Below are positions 37,761 through 50,500 of a stretch of DNA of 64,000 nucleotides, in pieces. Below the pieces are notes generated by a model. The model had not been told where the DNA came from. It was given only the letters and a program-made list of their open reading frames with translations, and did no database searches. Within the stretch, counting starts at the first letter, position 1, and each line of letters starts with the position of its first letter. This stretch comes from Heterodontus francisci (taxonomy: Eukaryota): NCBI RefSeq assembly GCF_036365525.1, contig NC_090373.1, positions 53,039,339-53,103,338 of the forward strand, in the 5' to 3' direction. The translations under genes and the position numbers were made by a program.

Positions 37761-38543
37761 AATAATATTCTGCTTACTGTTAAACTAGTAGAAAATTTTT
37801 GAAGTGTCAGATGGGAGCTTTAATAAACACCTCTTACTACTTCGGCTTACTTCTTCCAAGCCTGTACATAAGGGTTCCGTGCACATGGTGTTACATCATT
37901 TCCTGTAATTAAGTATACAGCATGATTAGTATATCTTATCCAGCAACAACCCAATGTCCAGTAAACCACGTTATACTACACTCACCACAAGGGTTGCAGC
38001 ATTTCAAGGACATGGCACCAGTACCTCTAGGGTACCCAGGGATGGGAAATTAAAATACAGCTTTTCTGGCATTGATCACAGTCTTCACTGAAACAAGCTC
38101 ACACTACCTAGAAGGAAAGCTTTATTGGGCTTATTGCCAAAATATCAACTGCTGCTAATTTTTCACTAATCAATCTATATCATCTGCATCGCAAAATTTC
38201 TGGAAATCTCCTTATATGTTTTTGTCATTTATCTTCATTGATTCAGTGTCTGGCTTAACTTCTTTGCGTGCAAGAATGACAAAATTGTGCGGGTAACGGT
38301 AACTAGGCCTGTAGATTTATGGAGACTAAATCAAAATTAATTTTTATTGCTTGGATTTTTGCAGGTGTTTTGGGGATGACATTTCTCCACTGCTTATTTC
38401 CTTGAAAACCACTAAATCATGTTCTTGTTAATAACAGACATTTCTGAAATTCTTGGGGAGTGAAGGGATTAAACCCATGAAGTCACGTGAAATAAAATCA
38501 TCGGAAAGATTTTGTTGAACCATCTACAACTTTTTGTTTGCAG

Positions 38544-38615
38544 GGCCAAGAGGTGAAAAAGGCCTAAAAGGTGCAATGGGTCGTCCTGGGAAAGTAGGCC
38601 CAGCTGGCTTAAAAG
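38544..38615 (+). CDS. COLEC11: Collectin-11 coding exon 3 (collagen-like)
   Basis: tgcag|GG...AAAG|gtattt; 72 nt; encodes GPRGEKGLKGAMGRPGKVGPAGLK. Confidence 0.95.
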
Positions 38616-38701
38616 GTATTTATCATTCTTTTTGCTGTTTGTAAAAAATCATTGGCACACACTCTAACTGAGTAGATGCGTAGATTTTATGCAATGTCCA
38701 G

Positions 38702-39347
38702 TGTAAGATTTAAAACTTTATTTGTAATTTGTTCTTGCACCAGACAATAAGAATTTGGACAAGGATACACCTAATATTAGGATGATTTATTAAGGCTAAA
38801 AGCAATACTTAACAAATCCAAGGGCAGTCGATATCCTAGTCCAGATGGCGTTTATTCTCCACTGGTTCTAGTGGCACAGACGGCTCGTGACTCCTCCTTT
38901 GTCTCTCCCTATGTCATCTTCATATCTGTGCACTGAGCCTCTCCAGGTCTGTTCTTTTATTCTTCATAGTCGGTGGCTCCTCCTGTGCACTGATTGGTTG
39001 GTTCATACATTGTTTCAATTAGTCCAGTCATTTTGTTTGTTAGTACTTCCGTTTGTACATTAATCATGATCACATGTGCAAAACAATGTGTACAAACAAT
39101 CCACAATAACCTTGAAGTCCATTAGATGATACATTTCTGGTGAGACTCGCCCTACTTTTCTGTTACACTTTGATCAGAACTTGTTTCATAGTTTTCGATA
39201 TCTGTTCTTTTCTTTCCCTTTATCTGTTTGTTATTAGTCTGTATCACAATGTAATTCTGGTTGACTCTCAACTGTACAGGCAAAATTTTTTTCAGTCAGG
39301 TACACAGCTAAAATTAACTCTTCATTTACCAAAAGCTTCTACAAAAC

Positions 39348-39378
<31 letters not shown>

Positions 39379-39446
39379 TACATAAAATTCATTATACAAA
39401 AGATATAAAAAGGCCAATAAAAATGACAGAATCCACATATCTTACA
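38702..39446 (-). mobile_element. Solo LTR
   Basis: Perfect 8-bp inverted ends TGTAAGAT...ATCTTACA; flanks ccag/ctag. Minus strand has CCAAT (38993-38997), ATAAAA (38955-38960) and AATAAA (38851-38856) in LTR order. Confidence 0.65.
39348..39374. repeat. (TA)n microsatellite
   Basis: About 13 perfect AT units. Confidence 0.95.
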
Positions 39447-42354
39447 CTAGCCCAACACAATTTTCTATGATATAACTTTCTCATTTTATATTTTCGATCA
39501 TTAATCATTGTTTTACTCCTACCAAAGTGACTGGGCAAGAAATTGGGTCATTGGCATCTATTTTTGGGGCATTGAGGGTTCCCTTAGACCTCCAAAATAG
39601 CGTTGTGGCATGTGCGAACACTTGTGGGGCAGACTTTATATTGGTGAGGGTGTTATTGTATATGCAGCGAAGGTTGGCCAGAAGGTCGCAGAGCAGGCAG
39701 GTCATGCTGATTTGACATCAGTGATGCCATTTTGGAGCTCCAGCTAATGCCCTCTCTTATGCTTGCACAACTGAACGTGTTCAGCGACAGGAAGGAGCCC
39801 CCATCCCATCGGCGCTATTTAAAGGGATCATCAACTACTTACAGGTTGATTGCTGGTTGAATTCTTCCAGCTGTTGCTACGATTCTACACATGTTTGATG
39901 CTTCCTATAGTTGCTTCAAGTTGCAAAAGTCTTTCGGGAGTGGTGTGGCAGATGCTAAAGGGGGTTTTGCTGATTTCTGATTTCAAGGATTCTGCACAAA
40001 CTAGTTGTTCCCAGACATGGGTGTGTGAGTAGGCTTTTCTCTTGGAATACTGCATGGCCTGGAGAATGAACAGAGGTCATGCAGAGCAGGACAAGCCGCT
40101 GGATTGGTTTCAATGCACCTGCTTTCAGCGGCTATCCAGTTTAACCTCCAGTATTTTTACCCACTTAGCTATTATCTATCCAAATTAGTTAGCTTCTCTC
40201 TCCCTCCTACCCTGGACAGATTTGCTGAAGATTTAACTACATAAGATGTAAAAACAAATTGACTGAGTCGATGATTTGGGACTAAGTGTGATAAAAGTAC
40301 TTGGTTATGATTTGAGGGCAGAAAACATGGCTCCCTGAATGACTCACAGTAAAAGCATTGAGTGGCATTCGAATGTTCAGATCAGCAAAGCTGCAGGTTT
40401 CCCCCCCCTGGTCAGTGCAGGATGAGTTGACTTCAGTTCAGCCAGCAGCACCGTGCTATGATTGACCTCAGTGCCCCCAATGCTAAAGTGAAGGAATACC
40501 AGATTGTACCGTGATTCTTGCTAAAAAGTGAACATCTGTGGAAGTTAGGCAAGGTAAAGATTGAGTTCATATGTGATGCTGTCTGTAGTCGAATAGTTTG
40601 ATGACATTAGTTCAGCTCTAGTTCTGGTGGGGTGCCCTGGCAGCAATGGCTGCCCCCACGGCAATGATGCCACAGGTGCACCACGACCACCCGCCCACCC
40701 TGCACCACCACTCTGGCTTCCCCCATACCAACTCACCTGTCTTCGAGGGTGCCCTACCATTAATGCGCTCTCTCCCTGGAGCTGCAGTCTCAGCGCGGGC
40801 CACCACTAGCTGTGGTGCTGCTGAGCTGCTGGCTCTCTCATTGGACCAGCAGCTCTTGGGTATGTGTCGCCATCCTTAATTGGACGGCAGCCTTTTAATT
40901 GGCTGGCGGCAGCAATATGCTGCCTTAGGGTCCCTCTGCCTGCCGAAGTGGTGACGTCTCCTGCTTTTGGCACCAACTTCATTGTCATCAAGAAAATTCA
41001 ACCTGAGTCATTGAATGTTAGGAGACATTCTGTGGCGTCACAGTCAAACCCATTCCCCCATTACCCAACATCTATAAAGGCAAACACACTCCCAGTAAGG
41101 GTTACTAAATAGCATATCCTTGCTGATTTTCCCACCATCCTGCAAATAAAGCTGAGCTGATAGTAGTGCTGTTCCCACTATCCCACCCAAGGTTAAACTA
41201 GAGATAGATCATGGCCCTTCCTGGTCTGTTTGATTGGTTCCACACCGGACAGTTCATTTGCTAATTGAGCCATTATGAGAGAGGTGTTTGACTTCTGGCC
41301 TGCATGCCAAATAAAGAGATAAGGGTGATGTTAAGAGTCTGTCCTTCTGGCAACGAGGCATGCCCATTGGCAACACACGCCCAAAATTTCCCAAGTTTTT
41401 GGTCAGAAAAGCATGGGATAGTTTGAAATAGAATGTTCGATATGTGCCCCTGGTGGGTAATACTCCCTGCCTGAAGGAAAATGACAGATAATTAGCCATT
41501 GTACCTATTGTCAGCATGCCGTATATTTTAGCTTGGTTCAAGTAAAGACATATGAGGTAATTCTGGTGTGCACTAGCCATGATTATCAGGCCATTTGGTC
41601 AGAAAATCATGGACAATGTGCATTGGAATTTCTGGTTGGTGTTCTGGTGGGCAGGTTCCCTAACAGGAGTAATATTAAAGCCTCCGTGCCACAATTATTG
41701 ATATAATTTGATCTCTTGTGACGTGGAGTCGAGACCACATGTTATCTTCAGATGAAGCAGAGTCAGAGGAAATGAGATAATTAGACCAGGCTGCACACAT
41801 GTGATTCAGTCCCCAGCTTAAAGTCATGCATTTTTATTTTTATATGCTACTTTGATTTTTAATGATTATTAATAGTTAAAGAGCAAAATTAAGAGAAATT
41901 TGGAAAGCAGAGGAGTAGAGTTGGTTGGAGCATTGGGGTTATTCTATTGCACAGGCTGAGGAACAAGAAGATTCAAAACTCGGGGTAGATTGCCAATATG
42001 GGTGAAAAAGTGTAATTACCTTGTGGCCAGTTTACGTCAGCTCTTTCCATTATAAATCTAGACAAAATAATTGATGATGGGAAAAGTTGACAAGAGGAGG
42101 TAAAGGTTTGTAGACTGAAAGCGTGTGCAGACATGAAATTTTAAAAATACTATAAATATTTTAACAGTTATATCAAAAGTTATATTCAAACTATGATTAA
42201 GCCACAGATAAAATATTATGGGCACTTAACTTTAAGAACTATGTCAAAGCTAAGCAGAGGGTTCAACAGAAGTTAAGATGATATTGAGAGATGAAAGGCT
42301 TTAGTTCTGAATAGAAACTCGAGAAATTCAAATTCTTCTTTTTTAACTTATCAG

Positions 42355-42408
42355 GAAACAAAGGAGACACTGGAGATCTAGGGCCAAAAGGGGAAAATGG
42401 AGATCCAG
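42355..42408 (+). CDS. COLEC11: Collectin-11 coding exon 4 (collagen-like)
   Basis: atcag|GA...CCAG|gtagag; 54 nt; encodes GNKGDTGDLGPKGENGDP. Confidence 0.95.
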
Positions 42409-42506
42409 GTAGAGTTATCAGAATTTCTATTGGGTATAACCCTGCTTTATGTCAAGTCTGTTTCTTTAATTCTGTGCCTGATTAATGTCCTGTACAATCT
42501 CCTCAG

Positions 42507-42602
42507 GTTTGCCCTGTGAATGTGGCCAACTAAGAAAGGTAATTGGAGAAATGGACATCCTTGTGACACAGTTAACAAATGAACTCAATTTCATTAAAAA
42601 TG
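42507..42602 (+). CDS. COLEC11: Collectin-11 coding exon 5 (CEC motif and coiled-coil neck)
   Basis: ctcag|GT...AATG|gtaagc; 96 nt; encodes [32 protein letters not shown]. Confidence 0.96.
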
Positions 42603-42699
42603 GTAAGCTTGATCATTTATACTAAGTAATACCTCTTTGCTGTAGCAGTAAAATGCCAATAACATTTCACCTCTTACTGTCAGATGATATTAATGGAAA

Positions 42700-44625
42700 G
42701 AAAAGTTGTACAATGCTGCAGCGATTAGTGGTAGGCCAGAAGATTGGGAAACTTTTAGAAACCAGCAGAGGATAACTAAAAACATAATAAAGAGGGAGAA
42801 ATTAGAGTATGAGAGTAAACTAGCAAGAAAGATAAAAACAGACAGTAAAAACTTCTACAAATATATAAAAGGGAAGAGAGTATCTAAAGTAAGTGTTGGT
42901 CCCTTAGAGGATGAGACTGGGGAATTAATAAAGGGAACAAGGAAATGGCAGCATCTTTGAACAAGTATCTTGTACCTGTCTTCACAGTAGAAGACACAAA
43001 AAGCATCCCAAGAAAAGCAGAAAATCAAGAGGCAGAAAGGAGGGAGGAACTTAAAGTGATCACTATCAATACAGAAAAAGTACTAGGGAAACTAATGGGA
43101 CTAAAGGCTGAGAATTCCCCTGGACCTGATGGTCTGCATCCTAGGATCTTAAAAGAAGTGGCTGCAGAGATAGTGGATGCATTGGTTGTAATCTTTCAAA
43201 ATTCCCTAGATTCTGGAACGGTCCCAGCAGATTGGAAAACTGCAAATATAACACCCTATTCAAGAAAGGGGGCAGGGAAGCGATAGAAAGCAGGAAACTA
43301 TAGGCCAGTTGGTCTAAAATCTGTCATTGGGAAAATGCTAGACTCTCTTATTAAAGAGGTAGCAGCAGGACACTTAGAAAATCATAATGCAATCAGGCAG
43401 CGTCAACATGGTTTTATGAAAGGAAAATGGTGTTTGAAAAATTTATTAGAGTTCTTTGAGGATGTAACAAGCAGGCTGGTTAAAGAGCAACCAATAGATG
43501 TAGTGTATTTGAATTTTCAAAATTTGATAAGGTGCCACATAAAAGGTTACTGCACAAGATAAGAGCTCATGATGTAGGGGGTAACATATTATCATGGATA
43601 GAGGATTGGCTAACGAAGAGAAAACAGAGAATCGGGATACATGAGTTATTTTCAGGTTGGCAAACTGTAACTAGTGGAATGCCACAGGGATCAGTGCTGG
43701 GGTCTCAACTATTAACTATCTATATTAGTGACTTGAAGGAACTGAGTGTACTGTAACCAAATCTGTGGAAAATACAAAGATAGGTCGGAAAGCAAGTTGT
43801 GAGGAGGACACAAAGTGTCCACAAAGAGGTATAGATAGATTAAGTGAGTAGGCAAATATTTGGCAGCTGGCATATAATGTGAGGTTGTCCACTTTGGCAG
43901 TAAGAATAGAAAAGCAGAATATGATTTACATGGAGAGAGACTGCAGAATGCTGCGGTACAGAGGGATCTGGGTGTCCTTGTACATGAATCACAAAATGTT
44001 AGCATGCAGGTACAGCAAGTAATTAGGAAGGCAAATGGAATATTGGCCTTTAATGCAAGGGGGATGGAATATAAAAGTAGGAAAGTCTTACTGCAACTGT
44101 ACAGGGCTTGGGTGAGACCGCACCTAGAGTACAGAGTACAGTTTTGATCTCCTTTCTTAAGGAGGGACATACTTTCAGAGGAATCAGTTCGGAGAGGGTT
44201 CACTAGGCTGATTCCTGGGATGAAGGGGTTGTCAAATGAGGAAAGGTTGAGTAGGTTGTGCCTATACTCATTGGAGTTTAGAAGAATGAGAGGTGATCTT
44301 ATTGAAACATATAAGATTCTGAGGGGGCTTGACAGGGTAGATGCTGAGAGGATGTTTCCCCTCCTGGGGGAAGAATTTCTTCTCTCAGAGGGTCATTAAT
44401 CTTTGGAACACTCTTCCCCAGAGAGCAGTGGAGCCTGGATCATTGAATATATTCAGAGCTAAGTTAGACAGATTTTTGATCTACAAGGGAGTACAGGGTT
44501 ATGGGGAGCAGGCAGGAAAGTAGAGTTAAGACAACAGTCAGATCAGCCATAATCTTATTAAATGGGGGAGCAGTCTCAAGGGGCCGAATGGTCTAGTCCT
44601 GCTCTTTTTTCTTATGTTCTTATGC
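42700..44625 (+). mobile_element. CR1 ORF2 remnant with 3' tail
   Basis: SPGPDGLHPRILKE, QHGFMKGK, QGSVLG motifs; tail ttcttatgttcttatg. Confidence 0.92.
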
Positions 44626-44919
44626 TCTAAAAAGTAGAGTTTAATTTGAAGAGCCGTCTTGAAAAGGCACAATTGGTGTGCTCCTTTATTTTGATGTCGA
44701 GGTGTGGCCAGTTTTGTGGGCAGAACCAACTGCCAGCATAATTTTTTTTAAACCAACGTTAAAGATCATGGAAACTTGATTTATGCTTGATGTAACTTGC
44801 TTTTATAATTCAGTCATCTTTTGCGCTGGTTTGGTCAATTTTAGCACAAACTAGCAGAAACTCTTGACCATAAAATTTAATGCGAATGTAGAGATATTCA
44901 GATGATCCTAAAATTATTA

Positions 44920-46450
44920 AGTTTCACAGCACAAAAGGGGGCTATTTGGCCCATTGCATTTGTCCCGGCTCTCTGAAAGAGCTGTCCACTTAGTTTCATT
45001 CACTTTAACCTTTTTAAAATTTGTCAAATATTTATCCACTGCCATTTTAAAAGTCATGATGAATTCAGTGGCCATTATTTCTGGTAAGGTTTCCATGTCC
45101 TAACTATTCTCTGTGTAGAATTAAAAAAATCTTCAAACCTCTCCCTTTCTTCTTTTGTTGATGATAAATTTATGCATTCTAATTATAAACACATTAACCA
45201 GTGGAAACAGTCTTTCCAGAATTATTTTAACAAAACTCTTCATAATTTTAAATACCTACATCAGATCTTCCCTAAACCTTCTTTGGTCTAATGAAAAGAG
45301 CCCCATTTCTCTACTTTCTTGCCGTAACTATGAAGCCTCTCATTCCTAGTATCATCTTAGAGAATTTCTTCTGTTGTTTCTCCCTACCTATGATGTATTT
45401 CTTAATTAGATGCCCTAACTATGGTCTAATCAATGATTTGAATGGATTTAGTTTTACCTCATTGCTTTTGTATTCTATACCCCAATTAATAAAAAAGGCC
45501 AACAATCCTATATCTTTTCATCTTTATCAATTTGTTTTCCCACTTTTAAAGATTTGTGTATATAACAAACTTGAACTTGTATTTATGTAGCAGCTTTCAC
45601 AACCTCAGGAAGAGCTAAAGCGCTTTACAGTCAATTAACCACTTTTGAAGTGTTGCCATATTATAATGTAGGAAATAGCAAAGTCTCTCTGCTCCTCTAT
45701 TCCTATTAAAGTCTTACAACTAAATGTGTAAATTCTCTCCATAATTCTTGCTCTCTAAATGTATCACCTCACATTCACTCCATTAAATTTCACCTGACAT
45801 CTATTGATCTAATCTAATCTGTTTATGTCCTCCTGAAATCACTTATAGCGTTCAATCACACTTCCTGTGTTTTTTTTATGTTATGCCCTAATAACCAAAT
45901 CCAATTAGCATATATATAAAAAATCGAGATGAGCAATGGTCCTAATACTGATGCCTGGGGGACACCACTGTTTATACCTCTCCACTTCAAAAAAGCAACC
46001 ATTAAGCTCTGTTGACTGTCTTTTAACCAACTTTCTACCTACTCTCTTTAATATCATATCCCTCAATTTTATCAACAAACCTCCTATGTGAAACTGGTCA
46101 AATGCTTTTTCAAAATATATAGACGCAATATCCATGGCATTTCCCTTATCAGTGCACTCCATTCTTTCGTCAACGAATTCTGTTAAATTTGCCTGACATG
46201 AATTTTACAAATTCACATTGGCTGTACTCAATTAACTCACATTTTTCTAGGTGAGTATTAATTTGACCTTGTTTAAGGGCCTGCAAAAGCTTAGCCACTA
46301 TCACTGTTTGGATAAATGCTCCATGGTGGCCTGGTTGATGCATTTCTTCCCTTTTAAATGGACAAATAATGTTGGCAACCCTCCAGTCCTATGACATACC
46401 TGCCATATTGCAGGATGTTTGAAAGCTTGTGGTCAAAACCTCTGCTTTGT
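44920..46450 (-). mobile_element. Old CR1 remnant with a DeuSINE/L2-type tail (about 45565-45680) inside
   Basis: DKGNAMDIASIYFEKAFDQ and decayed 3' motifs. Confidence 0.7.
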
Positions 46451-47534
46451 GCTTTAATTGGAAACAAATATCAGTTAAATAGGATGATTGACTTTCTCAT
46501 ACTCTTTAACATGCTAGAGGTAATTGTGCGTTACTGGGGATTGAAATACTTCTCAATCTAGGGTGGAATTCCAAGGATAGTGAATTTCCAGTTTTAGCAC
46601 TCAAAATACATAGGCATCTTGCATGTACCACATATATTAAAAACTAACATGAGACATTGTAACTCAATTTTGCCAACTAAGTCTTTGCAAATTGCTGCCT
46701 CTCCTCCAACCTCCTTTTTTTCTTCAAAACCCTACTATGCGTTGAAATGTTCAATACTGTGGATTGGGTCTTGCACTTGACATGTGACAGCAGGATTACC
46801 ACAGCGTAATTGGATTGTGCTACTTTGAGACATCTCAGATGGCCACCTGTAAACAGCACTGGCCCAATTTAAAAAATACAAAGAAGGATCCTGAGCCAGT
46901 TGTGCAAATTCTGACAGGTTTTTGTTTTGGCAGTGGCCTAACCAGCTGTCCTTAAAGGGAGGGCTGGAGGTTGTGGACGAAACATGAAGGTAAATTTTTA
47001 ACACCTGCCTGAATATGTCACATGAAAACTGCAGGTCACTTACAGTTTGTATTCGCTCCTTGGTTGTCATCCCAGCTGGCCAATTCTGCTTGTCCCCATG
47101 ACCAGTCTTTTGGGGTGCGACCAGTGCCCACTTCATGCCAGTTGTCTCCTGATGATGTAAGAGCACCAATATCATGTGGTCCTCTTGCCCACCAGTTTAT
47201 GTGCAGCAGCAGGCCCGAGAAAATTTCTAGGCTTCTTTCCAGGTTTCTCCCTTGCCTCTCCGTCCCAAGGTTAGCCCTGTGCAATTATTCTTAGCTATAT
47301 TTTCCTCCTGTCAACGATATAAGTAAACATTGGCTTAGATAAAAACAATTTTCCTGATTATATTTGCATTTTTTTGTGCTCACACTAGTGTATGGAAGAA
47401 AATATTTATTTCTGGCTATTTTCCTTGATTGGAAGCACATATTCATCTTAAGTGTTGTCGCTACCATATTGTCTCCTTTGTTGTGTTCTATCATGTTCAC
47501 CAAAGTGGCTGGAAGCAGATATCCTGCTTTTGGA

Positions 47535-50500
47535 GTCACCGAGTCATTACGGCACAGAAGGAGGCCATTTGGCCCTTCGAGTCCTTGTTGGCTCTCTGTA
47601 TAGCAATCCAGTCAGTTCCATTCCATCGCTCTATCCCTGTAGCAATGCAAGTTTATTTCCTACAAGTGCCTATCCAATTTCCTTTTGAAATCATTCACCC
47701 TCTCCACTTCCACCAACTCGTAGGCTGCGAGTTCCAGGTCATTACCACTTGCTCCGAAAAAAAAGTTCTTCCACACATCTCCCTTGCATCTCTCGCCCGA
47801 AACCTTAAATCTGTGACCCCTAGTCCTTGTACTATCAATTAATGGGAACAGCTTTGCTTGGCTATCTTATCTAAATCTGTTCTAATCTTGTACACTTTTA
47901 TCAAATCTCCTCTTAATCTCTTTTGCTCCAAGGAGAACAACCCCAGCTTCTCCAACTTAACCTTGTAGCTAAAATCCCTCATCCCTGGAACCATTCTGGT
48001 AAATCTCCTCTGCACCCTCTCGAGGACTCTCACATACTTCCTAAAATGTGGCGACCAGAACGGGACATAATGCTCTAGTTGTGGCCTAACCAGAGCTTTG
48101 TAAAGGTTCAGCATAGCTTACTTGCTTTTATACTCAATGCCTCTATTTATGAAGTCCAAGATCCCATATGCTTTGCTAACTACTTTCTCATATCTCCTGC
48201 CACCTTCAAAGATCTATGCACATGTACCCCAGGTCCCTCTGTCCCTGTATAATCTTTAGAACTGTACCATTTTGTTGATATTGTCTCTCCCTATCCTTTC
48301 TGCCAAAATGCATCACTGCACACTTTTCTGTATTAAGTTCCATCTGCTAGCCTATCTATGTCCTGTTGCAGTCAAATGGTATCATCCTCAATGTCTGCCT
48401 CACCTCTAAGTTTGGTATCATTGGTAAATTTTGAAATTTTACTCTGTATTCCAATATTCAAGTCATTTATATATATCAAAAAAGTAGTGGGCCTAGCACT
48501 GAACCTTGGAGAACACCACTGTCTATCATCCTCCAATCTGAAAGACAACCATTTACCATGACTTGTTTTCTGTCCTTAAGCCAATTTTTTTTATCCAAGC
48601 TGACACTGACCCTCCTATTCCATGAGCCTCAATTTTGTTAACCAGCCTTTTATAGAATCATAGAAAGTTTAAGGGCACAGAAAGAAGCCACTTGGCCCAT
48701 AGTGTCTGTGCCAGCCGAAAAATGATCCACCCATTCTAATCCCACCTTCCAGCATTTGGTCTGTAGCCCTGCAGATTATAGCACTTGAGGTGCATATCCA
48801 GACTCCTTTTGTGGCACTTTGTCAAATTCTTTCTTAAAATCCATATTGAAACATCCATTGCTTTCCCTTAATCAACCTTCCCTGTTACTTCATCAAAAAA
48901 TTCAGTTAGATTGGTGAAGCACAATCTGGCTCTCCTTAATTAACTCAAACCTCTCCAAGTGCCTGTTGATGTTTTTCCTGATCATTGTTTCTAATATCTT
49001 ACCCACAACTGATGTTAAACTTACTGGTCTGTAGTTACTAGGACTGTCCTTACACCATTTCTTGAATAAAGGTGTCACTTTTGCAGCTCTCCAATCTTCT
49101 GGCACCTCCCCCTATCTAGGGAAGATTGGAAAATTATGGCAAGCCCTTCCGCTATTTCCACTCTCACTTCCTTTAGCAACCTGGGATTCAAGCCATCCAC
49201 TCTAAGCATAGCTAGCCTTTCCAGTACATCCTGCCTATCAATTTTCAATTCATCCATTACCTTTACTTCTCCACTTGCCCAATGCAAAGTACTAATTAAG
49301 TATTCTAGCCTTGCCCTGCGCCTCTAAGCAAATATCACCCTCTTTGTCCCTAATAGGCCTCACTCCACCTCTCACTACCCGCTTACTATTTACATGCTGG
49401 GAGAAGATTTTTGGGTTCCCTTTTATGTTGACTGCCATTCTATTCTCATATTCTTTCTTTGCCAGTCTTATTTTTCTCGTCCCCTCTCAATTTATTGTAT
49501 TTAGCCTGGTTCTCACTTGAAGAGTTCACCTGACATGCATCATTCACCCTCTTTTTATGTTTCATCATATTCTCTATCTCTCTTGTCATCCAAGGTGTCC
49601 TTGCTTTGGTTCCTTTACCTTTCATCCTTGTTGGAATGTACCTAGCCTGTACCTGAAACATCTTCTTCTTAAATATCATCCATTGTTCCCTTACAATTTT
49701 TCTTGTCAATCTTTGGTTCCATTTTACCCTGGATAGATCCCCTCCCATCACATTGAAGTTAGCCCTCTTCAAATTTAGAAGTTCTACTTTAGATTGTTGC
49801 TTGTTCTTCTCCATTTCTGATCTAAATGATACAATGATCATTCTTACCCAAGTGTTCCCTCACAGATACTTAGTCCACTTGGCTGACCTCATTCCCCAGC
49901 ACCAGATCCAGCAATGCCTCCTTTCTAGATGAACCAAGAACATACTGATCAAGGAAGTGCTCCTGAACACATTTCAGAAAGTCATCCCCCTCCTTTCCCT
50001 TTACTCTAACATTATCCCAATCGATGTTTGGGTAATTAAAGTCCCCCATTATCACCACTCTATTGTTCTTGCACATCTCTGTGATTTCCTTGCAGATTTG
50101 CCCCTTTACTTCTTTCTGTCATTATTTGGAGGCCTCTTGAACACCCCCAGTAGCATCATCTCCTTCTTTCTTCTCAACTCTAACCAAATGGATTCTGTCT
50201 TTGCCCCCTCAAGGACATCCTCTCTTTCCAACACTACAGTGTTTTCTCTAATCAGTACTGCTACCCCATCCCCCTTTATCCTTCCCTATTTTTTCTGAAC
50301 ACTTTCTATCCTTGAATATTAAGTGCCCAGTCCTCATCATTTTTAAGCCATATTTCCGTTATTGCTCCTTCTTCATATTTCGTATTTGTGCTTGTAGCTC
50401 AGCCTTATTCACCACACTTTGAGCATTTATATACATGCATTGTGAACATGTCTTTGTATTCCTCATAGTCCCTCTTTGTCTGCTTTTATCTAATATGGTA

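Larger units (their letters stand above)
26577..37980 (-). mobile_element. Gypsy/Ty3 LTR retrotransposon, full span, decayed and heavily nested
   Basis: LTRs 37761-37980 and 26577-27052; TSD CTCAC at 26572-26576 and 37981-37985. Domain order gag (37375-37617), protease LDTGA (36451-36465), RT (SAPEIFQR..MDDVLIHG), RNase H (IEKEA..ETDHKPL), integrase (SDNGPPF) is Gypsy-type. Purine tract at 27053-27061. Confidence 0.93.

Noticed and set aside
39534-41003. Additional Harbinger-like MITE pieces (also about 2982-3266, 46850-47232, 52718-53180)
   Set aside because: GC-richer patches with single TIR-like ends; I could not establish paired TIRs or TSDs.
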